A program made the position numbers and the translations under genes. The notes under the pieces were generated by a model, which worked only from the letters and a program-made list of their open reading frames with translations, was not told where the DNA came from and made no database searches. Of a stretch of 57,001 nucleotides of DNA, positions 17,279-27,575 are shown in pieces (positions within the stretch are counted from its first letter, which is position 1; each line of letters opens with the position of its first letter). Origin of the DNA: an uncultured Staphylococcaceae bacterium (GTDB lineage Bacteria > Bacillota_I > Bacilli_A > RFN20 > CAG-826). The stretch covers positions 1 through 57,001 of the forward strand of contig CAZJKC010000003.1 of the NCBI GenBank assembly GCA_964546565.1, in the 5' to 3' direction.

Positions 17279-19057
17279 CTATTTTTTTACGACACTCATC
17301 TTACGCGATGTTAATTCTACAATATCTTCACTTGCATTTTCAATGACGCTACCACCAAAAATACTAAATGAGCGATTGCTCATAATTTGAATCATACTTT
17401 TACTTTCCATATCCAAAGCAATCATCGGTTTATGGAAACTTATTAATTTTGAACTTAATTTTTTAAAAACTGAATTTGAATCAAGTCCTTCTTTGCCACT
17501 TACAACCACTTTATCAACGATAAAGTAATCAAATACTTCGTACACACTATTAGCCCATGTTAAACTACTATCTTTAAAGCATATCGCTAATTCACATTTT
17601 TTCTTCTTAATACTTTGTAATGTTTTAATAGCGTCTTGATAATTGATTGCTACCATATCATTCATATCATCCTCATCAATAACTATAACAATATGACAAT
17701 CACGAGCATGACGCACTTCCGATAAAACTTGAACAATATAATCACGATCATAAGAAGAAATAGGAATGAATAAACGTAAATCCGTTTCGTTATTTGTACC
17801 AATAAAACGTTTCACAACTTCATTATAAAACTTGTTTATTAACGATCGGCAGATTATCGCAAGTAATTCTTGCGTTCGATTGTATTCATTAGCCTTTATT
17901 CTCATTTCTTCAATATTATGGAAAGCCGTATTACCTGGCTCACATGTCGCAATGTAGCCATATAATTTTGGTGTTGTCGTATTGACCACTAAAGGTTGAT
18001 ATAAGAAACATAAGCGCCGATCTCTTTTTTTTCCTTTTAGAGCCAATTCCAATTCTTGCTCCCATGCTTCCGTACTAGTATTCTCGATTTTTTCACCCAA
18101 ATTAAACCAGTCAATCTTGTTTTCTTGGCGTTCTGCAGACATAGATTTACTTCGCGCAACATCTAAACATTTTTTTCCATCTGAGAAATGGCGAGTCTCC
18201 ACAGCCCCGATTGAAAAACCAAATGTATCTTGATAAGAATTCATTTCTAAACGCGAATTCAACATTTTTATTAAACTCATTACTGAACGTTGCATTTCCG
18301 TCAAATTATTAGCCCCAGTATCGTAAATAACAAAAGCATATTCATCATCAAATTCAATACGATGGCGAGAACGTTTTTCTTTCAAATATAAGTAGCACAC
18401 TTGTTTTAATTCATTGCACATGACATTTTTTCGAGATTCTTCAATACGTTTGTCAAGAGTGATAAAACGAATAAAAAGTAAAAAACCGTTATTTATACTT
18501 TTCTTTGTAAATACGCTATTGATTTGTATACCTTTACTATCATTTATTGGAGTAAGTAAGTAACTTCTCTTATTAATATTTTCATTTAAATATTCAACGC
18601 TATAAGCTGATAAATGAATGATTTTCTTTGATGAATTAATATTATCAACCGTAAAAAACAAAGGTATTGTCTGTCCCGCGAATAAACTAATAACTATTTC
18701 CGATAACAAATTACGATTATCATAAGCTAAGTTTTCTATCCATGAGCGAAACATTTCACGACTATGTAAATTAATGATGTGATTATAAAACATTTCTAAC
18801 TCTATACAAATTTGATAAGCGGAATTAGACCTTTCAAAATACCGAACTTCCGCTTTGCCAAAATCAATTCGGAAAACATACGATCTTCTTTTTTTAGCTT
18901 TTATCTTGCTAATTTGATGATGCTTATGATAACTAGAAAGAAAAAGCAAAAGAGCAAAGAGAATAAGTAATAACAAAAAAAAGACAATTAAGATAATGCC
19001 AATTGTATTTTCATGTCTTTCAAACCATTCAATCACATTGCTCACCTCAAAAAACAT
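17279..19057 (-). CDS. Membrane-anchored protein with degenerate GGDEF/EAL-like domains
   Basis: N-terminal TM; FSIGAV...A...A; FLYQPLV start of an EAL-like region without the EAL motif. Confidence 0.5.
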   Translation of the reverse strand: MFFEVSNVIEWFERHENTIGIILIVFFLLLLILFALLLFLSSYHKHHQISKIKAKKRRSYVFRIDFGKAEVRYFERSNSAYQICIELEMFYNHIINLHSREMFRSWIENLAYDNRNLLSEIVISLFAGQTIPLFFTVDNINSSKKIIHLSAYSVEYLNENINKRSYLLTPINDSKGIQINSVFTKKSINNGFLLFIRFITLDKRIEESRKNVMCNELKQVCYLYLKEKRSRHRIEFDDEYAFVIYDTGANNLTEMQRSVMSLIKMLNSRLEMNSYQDTFGFSIGAVETRHFSDGKKCLDVARSKSMSAERQENKIDWFNLGEKIENTSTEAWEQELELALKGKKRDRRLCFLYQPLVVNTTTPKLYGYIATCEPGNTAFHNIEEMRIKANEYNRTQELLAIICRSLINKFYNEVVKRFIGTNNETDLRLFIPISSYDRDYIVQVLSEVRHARDCHIVIVIDEDDMNDMVAINYQDAIKTLQSIKKKKCELAICFKDSSLTWANSVYEVFDYFIVDKVVVSGKEGLDSNSVFKKLSSKLISFHKPMIALDMESKSMIQIMSNRSFSIFGGSVIENASEDIVELTSRKMSVVKK

Positions 19058-19155
19058 TATATACTTTGTTTATAAAATAAACAACAAATAAAAAAAGCGC
19101 AAAAAACAATAAAAAAATACCATTTAAGAAAGAATATGCTATAATAATTTCCGTT

Positions 19156-19246
19156 GGAGAAATACCCAAGCGGCTGAAGGGACTAGTTTCGAAAACTAGC
19201 AGAAGGTGCAAGCCTTGCGGGGGTTCAAATCCCCCTTTCTCCGCCA
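19156..19246 (+). tRNA. tRNA-Ser(CGA)
   Basis: CTAGT-TT CGA AA-ACTAG anticodon arm, variable arm, GTTCAAATC, CCA. Confidence 0.97.
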
Positions 19247-20120
19247 TTTTGCTTAGAAAAATCGATTTTTATTGAACTTTTTAGGCCTTTCATTATTAAA
19301 AATGATACGAGTTTGATACAAAAGTATTGAACTTTTTTTCTTTTCATAAAGAAGTTATTCTTTAAAATTCAAAATCTACCTTCTTTTATTATGATAAGGC
19401 AATATTAAGCCTAGTTAATTCAATTCATAGCCGATTAAAAGTGATTAGTAATTAATTCATCGCTTTTTCGCACATCAGCCCAAATATAATCTTCCGTCTA
19501 AGGCGTTTAAAAAGACATTTTATATTATCTGTTTAATAATGATCAAAAAGTCTAGAAGTTCTCTTTTTTATTTTACTTTTTTTCTACATGTTTTTCACAA
19601 GATACGCTTAATTTTTTTTGATAAGGCTGCTAAAACAATTATTTCGACACACAACTCAAAAAATACAAAACAACAAATAGTAAAAAGTTTTCAAAGTATA
19701 TTTTGAAAAGTGTTTAATATTTGCAAGTTTTCAAAGTAGAATTTAAGTGGTGAGATGCAAAATAATAATAAGAAAAAGATATTTAGAAAAAATAAAATCT
19801 TACAAGGTATAGATTAGCACATTAAATGAAGCTAATAATTGCCTAATAAAGGAAATAAAGGAAGATTAGTTATTGATTTTACTGCATTACAAATTTCTTT
19901 TAACAATTTTCCTTTTTTATTATGCTATAGATTGAATACTTCAGTTAGGAATGTATTTTTTTTCTTCTTCAAGCTTACGTAATTGCGAGTAATATACTTT
20001 AAACTGAATAAAACTACTAAACGTTGATTGTATGTGATTTTAATATATTTCTTGGATTATTTGTTTTGTTTTAAAAAACTATCATAAATCAATAAAATCC
20101 AAATACTTCATTAATATAAG
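19247..20120. mobile_element. Decayed integrative-element scar downstream of tRNA-Ser(CGA)
   Basis: Arm-type repeats TGATACGA/TGATACAA at 19303-19321; short gene relics; no intact ORF in ~870 bp. Confidence 0.5.
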
Positions 20121-20123
20121 AAT

Positions 20124-21137
20124 TTATTTAATAGGATCAATATGAAATTGACCATAAACAGCTGAAACAGAAACAACATTGACAAAAGCATTTGGATCAG
20201 CCTCTTGGATAACAGAAATAGCTCTTTTCACTTCAAAAGAAGAAACAACCATATATATTATTTTTTTACTTTCTCCAGAAAATGCTCCTTTAGCGTCTAC
20301 AACTGTACAACCATGTTTAAAATTAGCTAAAAGAATTTTAGGCATATCTTCATTTTTGGTAATAATTTGGATTTGTGATTTTTTATTACGACGACTGAGA
20401 TAATCGATAACCATTGAAGATACAAATGAATAAAGTATAGCGTATAGCAATAATTGCCAGGCATTTTTATGAAAAGAATCATTTGCGTTAACAGGAAAAT
20501 AACTTAGAATAGTAAAAACTGTAATGATGCAACTGTTAGATAAAAGAACATATTTTCCTACAGAAGTCGACTTTTTAATAGCAATATAGTATGAAATAAC
20601 ATCAATACCACCGGCCGAACCATCTACCATTAACGCTAAAGAACTACTAAGTCCAACACAAATTCCACCAAATAGGACACGCATCATACTATCATCACCA
20701 TTAACGAAAACATTGACAAATGATTCAGGAAGACATTTAGTAAAAAGAGATGTAGCTAAAACATTGATCAAAGTAAAAATAGCAAAGCGTTTGCCAATTC
20801 CTTTCCATGCTAAAATAATAATAGGAATATTTAAAAGTGTATAAAATAAAGATTGTAGAGTGTTTTTCATATCATCACTTAAATACTCACCTTTAATAAG
20901 TTGGAATATTTTAACAAAGATTTGGGAAATACCACTCATTCCACCCGTCGCAATAATAATATTCGAGTCAGTTGCGGCTTGAGATGGAGCAATGAAAGCT
21001 CGAAAGCCAAAAGCAAAAATAAATGCCGAAAAAAACAAAACAATTATCGACCAAGCATTTTCCAATATCGGCTTTGCTTTTTGATGATTATCTAAATAGT
21101 TATTATAGCGATTTTTAAGTGATTTTTTCTTTTCCAT
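20124..21137 (-). CDS. YitT family membrane protein
   Basis: ATGGMSGISQ, LNIP, GSAGGIDVI, C-terminal DPNAFV...VYGQF (DUF2179). Confidence 0.92.
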   Translation of the reverse strand: MEKKKSLKNRYNNYLDNHQKAKPILENAWSIIVLFFSAFIFAFGFRAFIAPSQAATDSNIIIATGGMSGISQIFVKIFQLIKGEYLSDDMKNTLQSLFYTLLNIPIIILAWKGIGKRFAIFTLINVLATSLFTKCLPESFVNVFVNGDDSMMRVLFGGICVGLSSSLALMVDGSAGGIDVISYYIAIKKSTSVGKYVLLSNSCIITVFTILSYFPVNANDSFHKNAWQLLLYAILYSFVSSMVIDYLSRRNKKSQIQIITKNEDMPKILLANFKHGCTVVDAKGAFSGESKKIIYMVVSSFEVKRAISVIQEADPNAFVNVVSVSAVYGQFHIDPIK

Positions 21138-21447
21138 ATTTTTTCCTACCAACACATTCTTTTCATTTGAAATTACTACATTATTTTAAACTTTCGTATG
21201 CAAAAAACAATACAATAATTGAAGATTTATAAAAAAAGACTGCTAAAGAGCTTATTTCATCAACAAAAAGTAGTTTTATCATCAAAAAGATAAGTAAAAA
21301 GATGCTATGACACCGAGGCAAAATAACTATATATGTAGTAATAATAAAATATAAAATATTTTTATTTTTTTATTGAAAAATGGTATTTACAATGGTATTA
21401 TGATATCGCTATATCTGATCAACAAGATATAAGGAGGTCTATTTTAT

Positions 21448-22149
21448 ATGAAAAAAGTATTTGGAGCCATTGGCGGCTTCTTTAAAAGAATTTGGCGTTG
21501 GATTGCTGAAACAGCATGGATTCAACCACTCTTAATTGTTGGATTAATCTTTGGTGTTATCTTCTCTATCCCAAGCATCTCTTCTTGGATTGCAAACGCT
21601 GCATCAACATCAGGACAATTTGTTTTCTACAAACACAATACCGTTGAAGTTACAAAATTATTAGAAGACTTTAATAATGACAGTTATGAAAAATATTACA
21701 AAGATGAAGAAGCAAAGAATTTCCTTCTCGTATTCATTGAAGAAGATTGCGATCAATGTATCAATGATGAAGATGCTTTTAAATATTTTTATAACAACAA
21801 AGACCAATGGGAAGGAACTACTGCTCCCGCCATTTATTTCGTCTATGCAAACTATGATGAAGACGATGATAGTAAACAAGCAAAAGCTTGGCGTGAATTT
21901 ACTGAAACATACAATTTATTTGAAACAATAGAATTGGCTTATAAAGAAACATGCGATGCTTATGGTATCGATGAAGTCGAAGATTATATTAAACCTCATG
22001 AAAATGCTAAAGTATCTACACCTCTTATTACCTTTTATGAAGATGGGATCATGACCGAAGCAATTATGGGATTAGTTGGTAACGATAAAACCGACAAAGC
22101 CGAGTATCTTCATGATTTCTACTATCATATGAATGATTTTGAAATTTAA
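21448..22149 (+). CDS. Membrane-anchored thioredoxin-fold-like protein
   Basis: TM helix; LLVFIEEDCDQC CxxC; STPLITFY cis-Pro-like motif. Confidence 0.55.
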   Translation: MKKVFGAIGGFFKRIWRWIAETAWIQPLLIVGLIFGVIFSIPSISSWIANAASTSGQFVFYKHNTVEVTKLLEDFNNDSYEKYYKDEEAKNFLLVFIEEDCDQCINDEDAFKYFYNNKDQWEGTTAPAIYFVYANYDEDDDSKQAKAWREFTETYNLFETIELAYKETCDAYGIDEVEDYIKPHENAKVSTPLITFYEDGIMTEAIMGLVGNDKTDKAEYLHDFYYHMNDFEI

Positions 22150-22230
22150 TAAAATATAGGAACTATGACAAGTAGTTCCTTTTTTTATAGACAAAAAGAG
22201 ACAGCCTAAGAAACTAGACTGTCATGGACA

Positions 22231-22455
22231 TTAACGATTATATGGCTGTGCGTTTCCTTCACAAACATTTTCTTCGGAAGTGGTATAAGTCGGATAATAT
22301 ACTGGACGTGGAACAAAATGATTCACTATTCTTGTATTGACAGGACAAATAACTGGTTGTTCTACGCAATAATACCGATCACATACTCTTTCGCGTACTG
22401 GTAAAACGACTGGCTCGTATTTACACGGACATTTTGGCGTGCACCGACAGTGCAT
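22231..22455 (-). CDS. Small Cys/Pro-rich spore coat protein (CotD-like)
   Basis: PVVLPVRE...VEQPVICPVNTRIVNH...YYPTYTTSEE pattern; strong RBS. Confidence 0.55.
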   Translation of the reverse strand: MHCRCTPKCPCKYEPVVLPVRERVCDRYYCVEQPVICPVNTRIVNHFVPRPVYYPTYTTSEENVCEGNAQPYNR

Positions 22456-22584
22456 AAAATCCCTCCTTGCTTACTTTATAGAATATGATAACTATTTAAA
22501 ATTGGCACAACTTGATAAGGGATTTTTTCTTTACTTTATTAGTATCTGACAATAAAATAGAAACATGAAAGGAATAAAATAAAT

Positions 22585-23352
22585 ATGGGATATATATATT
22601 GGAAAAATGATAAGAATATCGTTGCTATGACAAGTGACCGTAATGATGGCTATAGTCAAAGTCCTTATACAAGCTTTAATCAAGCATATCAAGTCGGAGA
22701 TGAGAAACAATCCGTATTTTTAAATCGTCAAAAAATATGTCAAGATAATGGTATAGAAATCAATCATCTAATAACGGCTTATCAACAGCATACCGATATA
22801 ATTAAAAAAGTTGATAAAACAATGCTTGGATGTGGTAATTATTCTTTTGAAAGTGGTGTAGGACCATGTGATGCCATGTACACTTTTGAAAAAGGACTAG
22901 CAATTGGAATATTTCACGCTGATTGTGTTCCTATATTTATTTATGCTCCTAAACATGACTTAGTAGGAATAATACACGCTGGGGCTATTGGAACTTTAAA
23001 AAAAGTAGCTTATAAATCGCTAATGCACATTATAAATGAAGAAAATATATCTCCACAAGATATTCTTGTTCATATTGGTCCTTGCCTATCCTATGCCCAT
23101 TCCATCATAAGACAAGACTACCGCGAATTAATAAATAATTATGGTCCAGACATTGAAAAAGCGATAAGAGAAACAAACAGTAATCTAATTGATATTCCTT
23201 TATTAAACAAATTACAAATACACCATGCAGGTATCCCTTCAAATAATATTTCTTATTATAAAGGTTGTACTTATGAAAATGAGGAATTATTCTTTTCATT
23301 TCAACGCGATAATAAGACAGGTCGTCATTTAAGTCTTATTTTTAGACCTTAA
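22585..23352 (+). CDS. pgeF: PgeF/YfiH family multicopper polyphenol oxidoreductase-like (purine nucleoside phosphorylase)
   Basis: QQH, DAM.T, HADCVPI, IHAG, IGP, CT...FFSFQR...TGR. Confidence 0.9.
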   Translation: MGYIYWKNDKNIVAMTSDRNDGYSQSPYTSFNQAYQVGDEKQSVFLNRQKICQDNGIEINHLITAYQQHTDIIKKVDKTMLGCGNYSFESGVGPCDAMYTFEKGLAIGIFHADCVPIFIYAPKHDLVGIIHAGAIGTLKKVAYKSLMHIINEENISPQDILVHIGPCLSYAHSIIRQDYRELINNYGPDIEKAIRETNSNLIDIPLLNKLQIHHAGIPSNNISYYKGCTYENEELFFSFQRDNKTGRHLSLIFRP

Positions 23353-23401
23353 ATACTAAAATCATCAGTCCTCTTCATATATTAAAAAGAGGACTATTTT
23401 T

Positions 23402-24268
23402 ATGAAGAAAAAACTACCCTTATTTTTTCTAATATGTTTAATCATTATTCTCGTATTCAATCAATACTTTAAAACAATTAGTCAAAGTGTTTTAGCCGAT
23501 TTTGCTCTTAATATTATCCCCTCTCTTGCCCCATCAATGCTTTTCGATTATTTGTTTATCAATACGGATGGACTTAGTTATATTTATCAATTACTTAGTA
23601 AAAAAGTCAAGAATACGCATGCCATATATCGTCACCTACTAGTTTTTTTAGGTCTTATAAGTGGGACACCTACTCTTGCTAATTATCTTGAAGACTCATT
23701 ACAAAAGAATTATCTACAAAAAGAAGAAGGAGAAGCAATATTATCCGCATTTGCTTTACCATCTTTTCCTTTTATAATGAGTTTTATTATTCCTGAATTG
23801 ACCGATGAATATCGTTTAATATTCATAATAATATTCTATCTTCCACCCCTTATTTATTATTTATTAATGACTAAAAAATACACTCATACATCTTTAGTAT
23901 CATTTACCAATTATCATCAAAATTTTCTAGAGAAATCAATTATTGATACTAGCAAAACGTTTTTACTATTGCTCGGTAGCGTTTTAATATTTTCATTGCC
24001 GTTATTACTTATTAATTATTTTCCTAATAATTTAATACGCTTTAGTTTAGCAAGTTTATTTGAATTTACAAATATCCGCTTTTTAATTTCTTTAAAAACT
24101 CCTATCAGCTTTCTTTTATCTATTATCGTGCTTTCTTTTTCTTCATTATCCCTTTTTTGTCAAATAGCTATCTTAGCCCCAAGCTTTTCACTTAAATCTA
24201 TCATCAAAAAAAGACTCCTTTTATGTGGAGTCACAAGTTTATTGGCGTTGTCCATACTTTTTATCTAA
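23402..24268 (+). CDS. Sporulation integral membrane protein, YlbJ-like
   Basis: IIPSL.P, LGLISGTP, FEFTN motifs; convergent with coaD as in the B. subtilis ylb region. Confidence 0.6.
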   Translation: MKKKLPLFFLICLIIILVFNQYFKTISQSVLADFALNIIPSLAPSMLFDYLFINTDGLSYIYQLLSKKVKNTHAIYRHLLVFLGLISGTPTLANYLEDSLQKNYLQKEEGEAILSAFALPSFPFIMSFIIPELTDEYRLIFIIIFYLPPLIYYLLMTKKYTHTSLVSFTNYHQNFLEKSIIDTSKTFLLLLGSVLIFSLPLLLINYFPNNLIRFSLASLFEFTNIRFLISLKTPISFLLSIIVLSFSSLSLFCQIAILAPSFSLKSIIKKRLLLCGVTSLLALSILFI

Positions 24269-24733
24269 ACAATCAATTACAATTTCAGGAACTAATGAAG
24301 AAATATTAACATGATGCTCATATAATTCTTTGATAGTTGACGATGAAATAAAATGGAAATCCTTCCTAGACATTAGAAAAACAGTATCAATATTATTATC
24401 GATAAATGAATTAGCGGCATTTATTTGAAATTCAAATTCAAAATCAGTTACAGCTCGTAATCCTCTAATAAGAGTACATGCCCCATGCTCCTGGGCATAA
24501 ATTAACGTTAAGCCCTCGGTATGATCAACAACGATATTAGAATACTTTTTCGTTGCTTCTTGAATCATCATTTTCTTTTCCTCTAATGAAAATGTTGATG
24601 TCTTATGGGGATTTATAGCAATTAACACAATTACCTTATCGAACAACATTGATGCTCTTTCAATAATATCCAAATGACCATTAGTAATGGGATCAAAACT
24701 GCCCGGATAAACAGCTATACGCATTTTTTCCAT
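24239..24733 (-). CDS. coaD: Pantetheine-phosphate adenylyltransferase
   Basis: AVYPGSFDPITNGHLDII, RGLR...DFEFE, ISSS. Confidence 0.97.
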   Translation of the reverse strand: MEKMRIAVYPGSFDPITNGHLDIIERASMLFDKVIVLIAINPHKTSTFSLEEKKMMIQEATKKYSNIVVDHTEGLTLIYAQEHGACTLIRGLRAVTDFEFEFQINAANSFIDNNIDTVFLMSRKDFHFISSSTIKELYEHHVNISSLVPEIVIDCLDKKYGQRQ

Positions 24734-24737
24734 TTTA

Positions 24738-25283
24738 TCACCTCGTAATAATCGTAACATGAATGAATCCATATTGATAGCGGCGAATTTCGCTATACTT
24801 TTCTTCTTCTATAATTAACGGATGGTCACTTTCTAAAACATAACGAGCCCTCGCCGTTAATAAATCATGACTTTCAAGATAATCCATAACTTCTTGATAA
24901 ATATCTTTTTTATAGGGGGGATCTAAAAAAACTAAAGAAAACTTTTCGTGATGATTCCATTCCTCAAGAAATTGGCGATAATCTTTAAAATATGTCGCAG
25001 CGTTATCGATTTTAAGTTCAGCTATATTCTTTTTTATGGTCCAAATCGCAGACTTGCTATTATCAACAAAAATAGCCTTTTTAGCCCCTCTTGATAAGGC
25101 TTCAATTGCTAAAGCCCCTGAACCAGCAAATAAATCAAGAACACAAGACTCGTTTTCTAACGGCCCTAAAGCATTAAATATTGCCTCTCTTATTCGATCT
25201 TTAGTTGGTCTTGTTTCATTAGTTATATTACTTATAGGATAATCAATAATTCTTCGTTTATACTTCCCACCAACAATACGCAT
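24738..25283 (-). CDS. rsmD: 16S rRNA m2G966 methyltransferase
   Basis: RPTKDRIREAIFN, LDLFAGSGALAIEALSRGA, FLDPPY. Confidence 0.96.
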   Translation of the reverse strand: MRIVGGKYKRRIIDYPISNITNETRPTKDRIREAIFNALGPLENESCVLDLFAGSGALAIEALSRGAKKAIFVDNSKSAIWTIKKNIAELKIDNAATYFKDYRQFLEEWNHHEKFSLVFLDPPYKKDIYQEVMDYLESHDLLTARARYVLESDHPLIIEEEKYSEIRRYQYGFIHVTIITR

Positions 25284-25399
25284 TTTTATCACCGCCCTAA
25301 TTATAAACATTTTTGTATAAAATTACAAAAGCTGAACAAACTATCATTGCACAATCATGTGCCCTGTTCCTCCCTATGAAAAAAAGTAGCCTCCCTTTG

Positions 25400-25765
25400 C
25401 TACTTTTTTTCTTTACAAACGTTAAAACTTTTAAAAGAACCAAATAATTGTTCATCAATGTTTTGATATAATTCCCGTACTTTTTGGAATGATTTCAAGT
25501 AGTCTATCACTAAAGGATGCGATTCTAATTCTTTTTTACTATCAGCCAATCTTTTTTGCACTAATAACAATTCTTCACTTTGCTCTCCGAAATGTTTTAA
25601 AGCATCATTATACTCAGTTTGCATAGTAGAATATCGATATGCAAGAACCATTACTTCTTCATTTTCTTCCATGATTTTTTCTTTCTTTTTCATATCTAAA
25701 ATGCATTCATCTTTGTCTAATAATTCTTTTAATTGACATATTTTTTTTAATAATTCTTCTTCCAT
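25400..25765 (-). CDS. YlbF/YmcA family regulator
   Basis: Helical; LESHPLV.DY motif; ylb gene context. Confidence 0.75.
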   Translation of the reverse strand: MEEELLKKICQLKELLDKDECILDMKKKEKIMEENEEVMVLAYRYSTMQTEYNDALKHFGEQSEELLLVQKRLADSKKELESHPLVIDYLKSFQKVRELYQNIDEQLFGSFKSFNVCKEKK

Positions 25766-25767
25766 TT

Positions 25768-25977
25768 TTACATTAACTCCCTTGCTAACGTCATCATCAT
25801 CGATAAATCTTCTAAACGATCTACCATCCGTTTTCGTCTTATTAATTTATAATCATCAAGAAATTCATTAAAACGATTAGGATGTCTTGATAATTCACGA
25901 TGCCAATACGGCTTTTCACGCATAAAAACCCAGTAGTCTTGGTTTTTATCAATTTTCATTATAACGGAAGAATGCAT
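25768..25977 (-). CDS. YlbE-like protein
   Basis: FMREKPYWHRELSRHP motif. Confidence 0.85.
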   Translation of the reverse strand: MHSSVIMKIDKNQDYWVFMREKPYWHRELSRHPNRFNEFLDDYKLIRRKRMVDRLEDLSMMMTLARELM

Positions 25978-25978
25978 A

Positions 25979-26350
25979 TTAGTCATCATTCCTTTGATAT
26001 GGTTTTGACATTTTTCTTCTTGATAAAGGAGGCGTTTCTTCCGGCCTTGTAACTTCACTAAGAACATTAAGTATTTTTTTCATGCCGTTTAATCCCTCAC
26101 TTATTTTATCGACATCAAAGCCACTTATGGCATCTAATATTGATTCAAGGCCTTCTTTCTTTTCTTTTTCATTTTCTTCCTTTTTTTCTTCTTTTTTCTC
26201 CTCTTTTTTTTCTTGAAAAATTTCATCTTCGGGCCCATAAATATCATATCTTTCAAATAATTCTTGCCAAGTCATTTGTCCACTTTGCACTATATCACGC
26301 AAAAAGGGCTTCGAATGTGCGAATTGCTTAAATTCTTCTAGTTTATTCAT
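25979..26350 (-). CDS. Spore coat protein YlbD-like
   Basis: KLEEFKQF...P.L...V..G..TWQELFE.YDIYG motif. Confidence 0.85.
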   Translation of the reverse strand: MNKLEEFKQFAHSKPFLRDIVQSGQMTWQELFERYDIYGPEDEIFQEKKEEKKEEKKEENEKEKKEGLESILDAISGFDVDKISEGLNGMKKILNVLSEVTRPEETPPLSRRKMSKPYQRNDD

Positions 26351-26481
26351 TTATATCACCAATATAAGAATATGCTAATAATAATAAAAAGTATTCAAAC
26401 ACGCCAAAAAAGTGATTGTTTTTCAAAAGATAAACAATTTTTATTTTCTTTCATACAATAAAGCAGTAAGGAGGTACATAT

Positions 26482-26664
26482 ATGTATTATTACGGACAAA
26501 ATTATGGTTATCCTGGCGCAAATTACGGAGGATATAACTATCCCCAAACTGGCGGTAACTATGGTGGCGTATTCGCTGTCATCATCGTCATCTTTATTCT
26601 CTTAGTTATAATTGGCTGTGGATGTGGCCATTTTAACGGAAATAATAACTATGGGGGATATTAA
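26482..26664 (+). CDS. YjcZ family sporulation protein
   Basis: Gly/Tyr-rich N-terminus then FAVIIVIFILLVIIG. Confidence 0.8.
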   Translation: MYYYGQNYGYPGANYGGYNYPQTGGNYGGVFAVIIVIFILLVIIGCGCGHFNGNNNYGGY

Positions 26665-26881
26665 AAAAATATCGTTATCGTCATAAAATAAAACTTTTTT
26701 CGTTTTAATCATTAAAAAGGCTGTTAAGAAACTAACTAAATTGTTTCTAGCAGTTCTTTTTTATTAATTCATAAAATAATGTATTAAATCTTATAAAAAC
26801 ATTTAATATCTCACTTATTTTGAAAAACGTCGAACCTTTATTTTTTTTAAGAATAATGGTAAAATCAAAAAGTGAGGTGAT

Positions 26882-27427
26882 TTGATGTTTAAAATAGTTA
26901 AAGACAATCAACCATCATTACGTATAAGATCAGAGCCTGTACCTTTTCCTATCGAACAAAAGTACTTCGATTTATTAAACAAAATGCTTGATTATCTAAA
27001 GAAAAGCCAAGATGACGAATATGCTTCAAAGCATCATTTACGAGCCGGTGTTGGTCTAGCCGCACCCCAAATAGGTATTAATTTACAAATAATCGCTATC
27101 TATTATGAAAAAGAAGAAAACGAATTTGTGGAATACGCCTTAATTAATCCACGTATTGTATCATCGACGGTCAAACAATGCTATTTAAAAAATGGTGAAG
27201 GATGCTTAAGCGTTGATGAAGACCATAAAGGTTATGTCTATCGCTACTACAAAATTAGAGTAAAGGCCTATGATGCTTTAAAAAAAGAAGAAGTGGAAAT
27301 CACCGCTCGAGGATATGACGCTATTGTGTTGCAACATGAAATCGATCACTTGTCTGGTATTTTATATTATGACCATATTGATAAATTAGACCCATTTCGA
27401 CAAAAAGAGAATGCTATCGCCATATAA
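26882..27427 (+). CDS. def: Peptide deformylase
   Basis: GVGLAAPQIG, EGCLS, QHEIDH. Confidence 0.97.
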   Translation: MMFKIVKDNQPSLRIRSEPVPFPIEQKYFDLLNKMLDYLKKSQDDEYASKHHLRAGVGLAAPQIGINLQIIAIYYEKEENEFVEYALINPRIVSSTVKQCYLKNGEGCLSVDEDHKGYVYRYYKIRVKAYDALKKEEVEITARGYDAIVLQHEIDHLSGILYYDHIDKLDPFRQKENAIAI

Positions 27428-27575
27428 AGACCAATTGTTTGGTCTTTTTAATTATTTTGTCGTATTATTTTTTGAAAAATATCTTTACAGTTATCGGTTA
27501 TTTTTATATAATAACAACGATTTGACAAGTTATATTTATAATGTTGGCGAAAATTGAAAGGAGACATGATTCTTT

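Noticed and set aside
19047-19247. 66-aa ORF MAEKGGFEPP
   Set aside because: Classic reverse-complement translation of a tRNA
26150-26220. Purine/pyrimidine-biased tandem repeat
   Set aside because: Encodes the low-complexity EKKE linker of the YlbD-like protein
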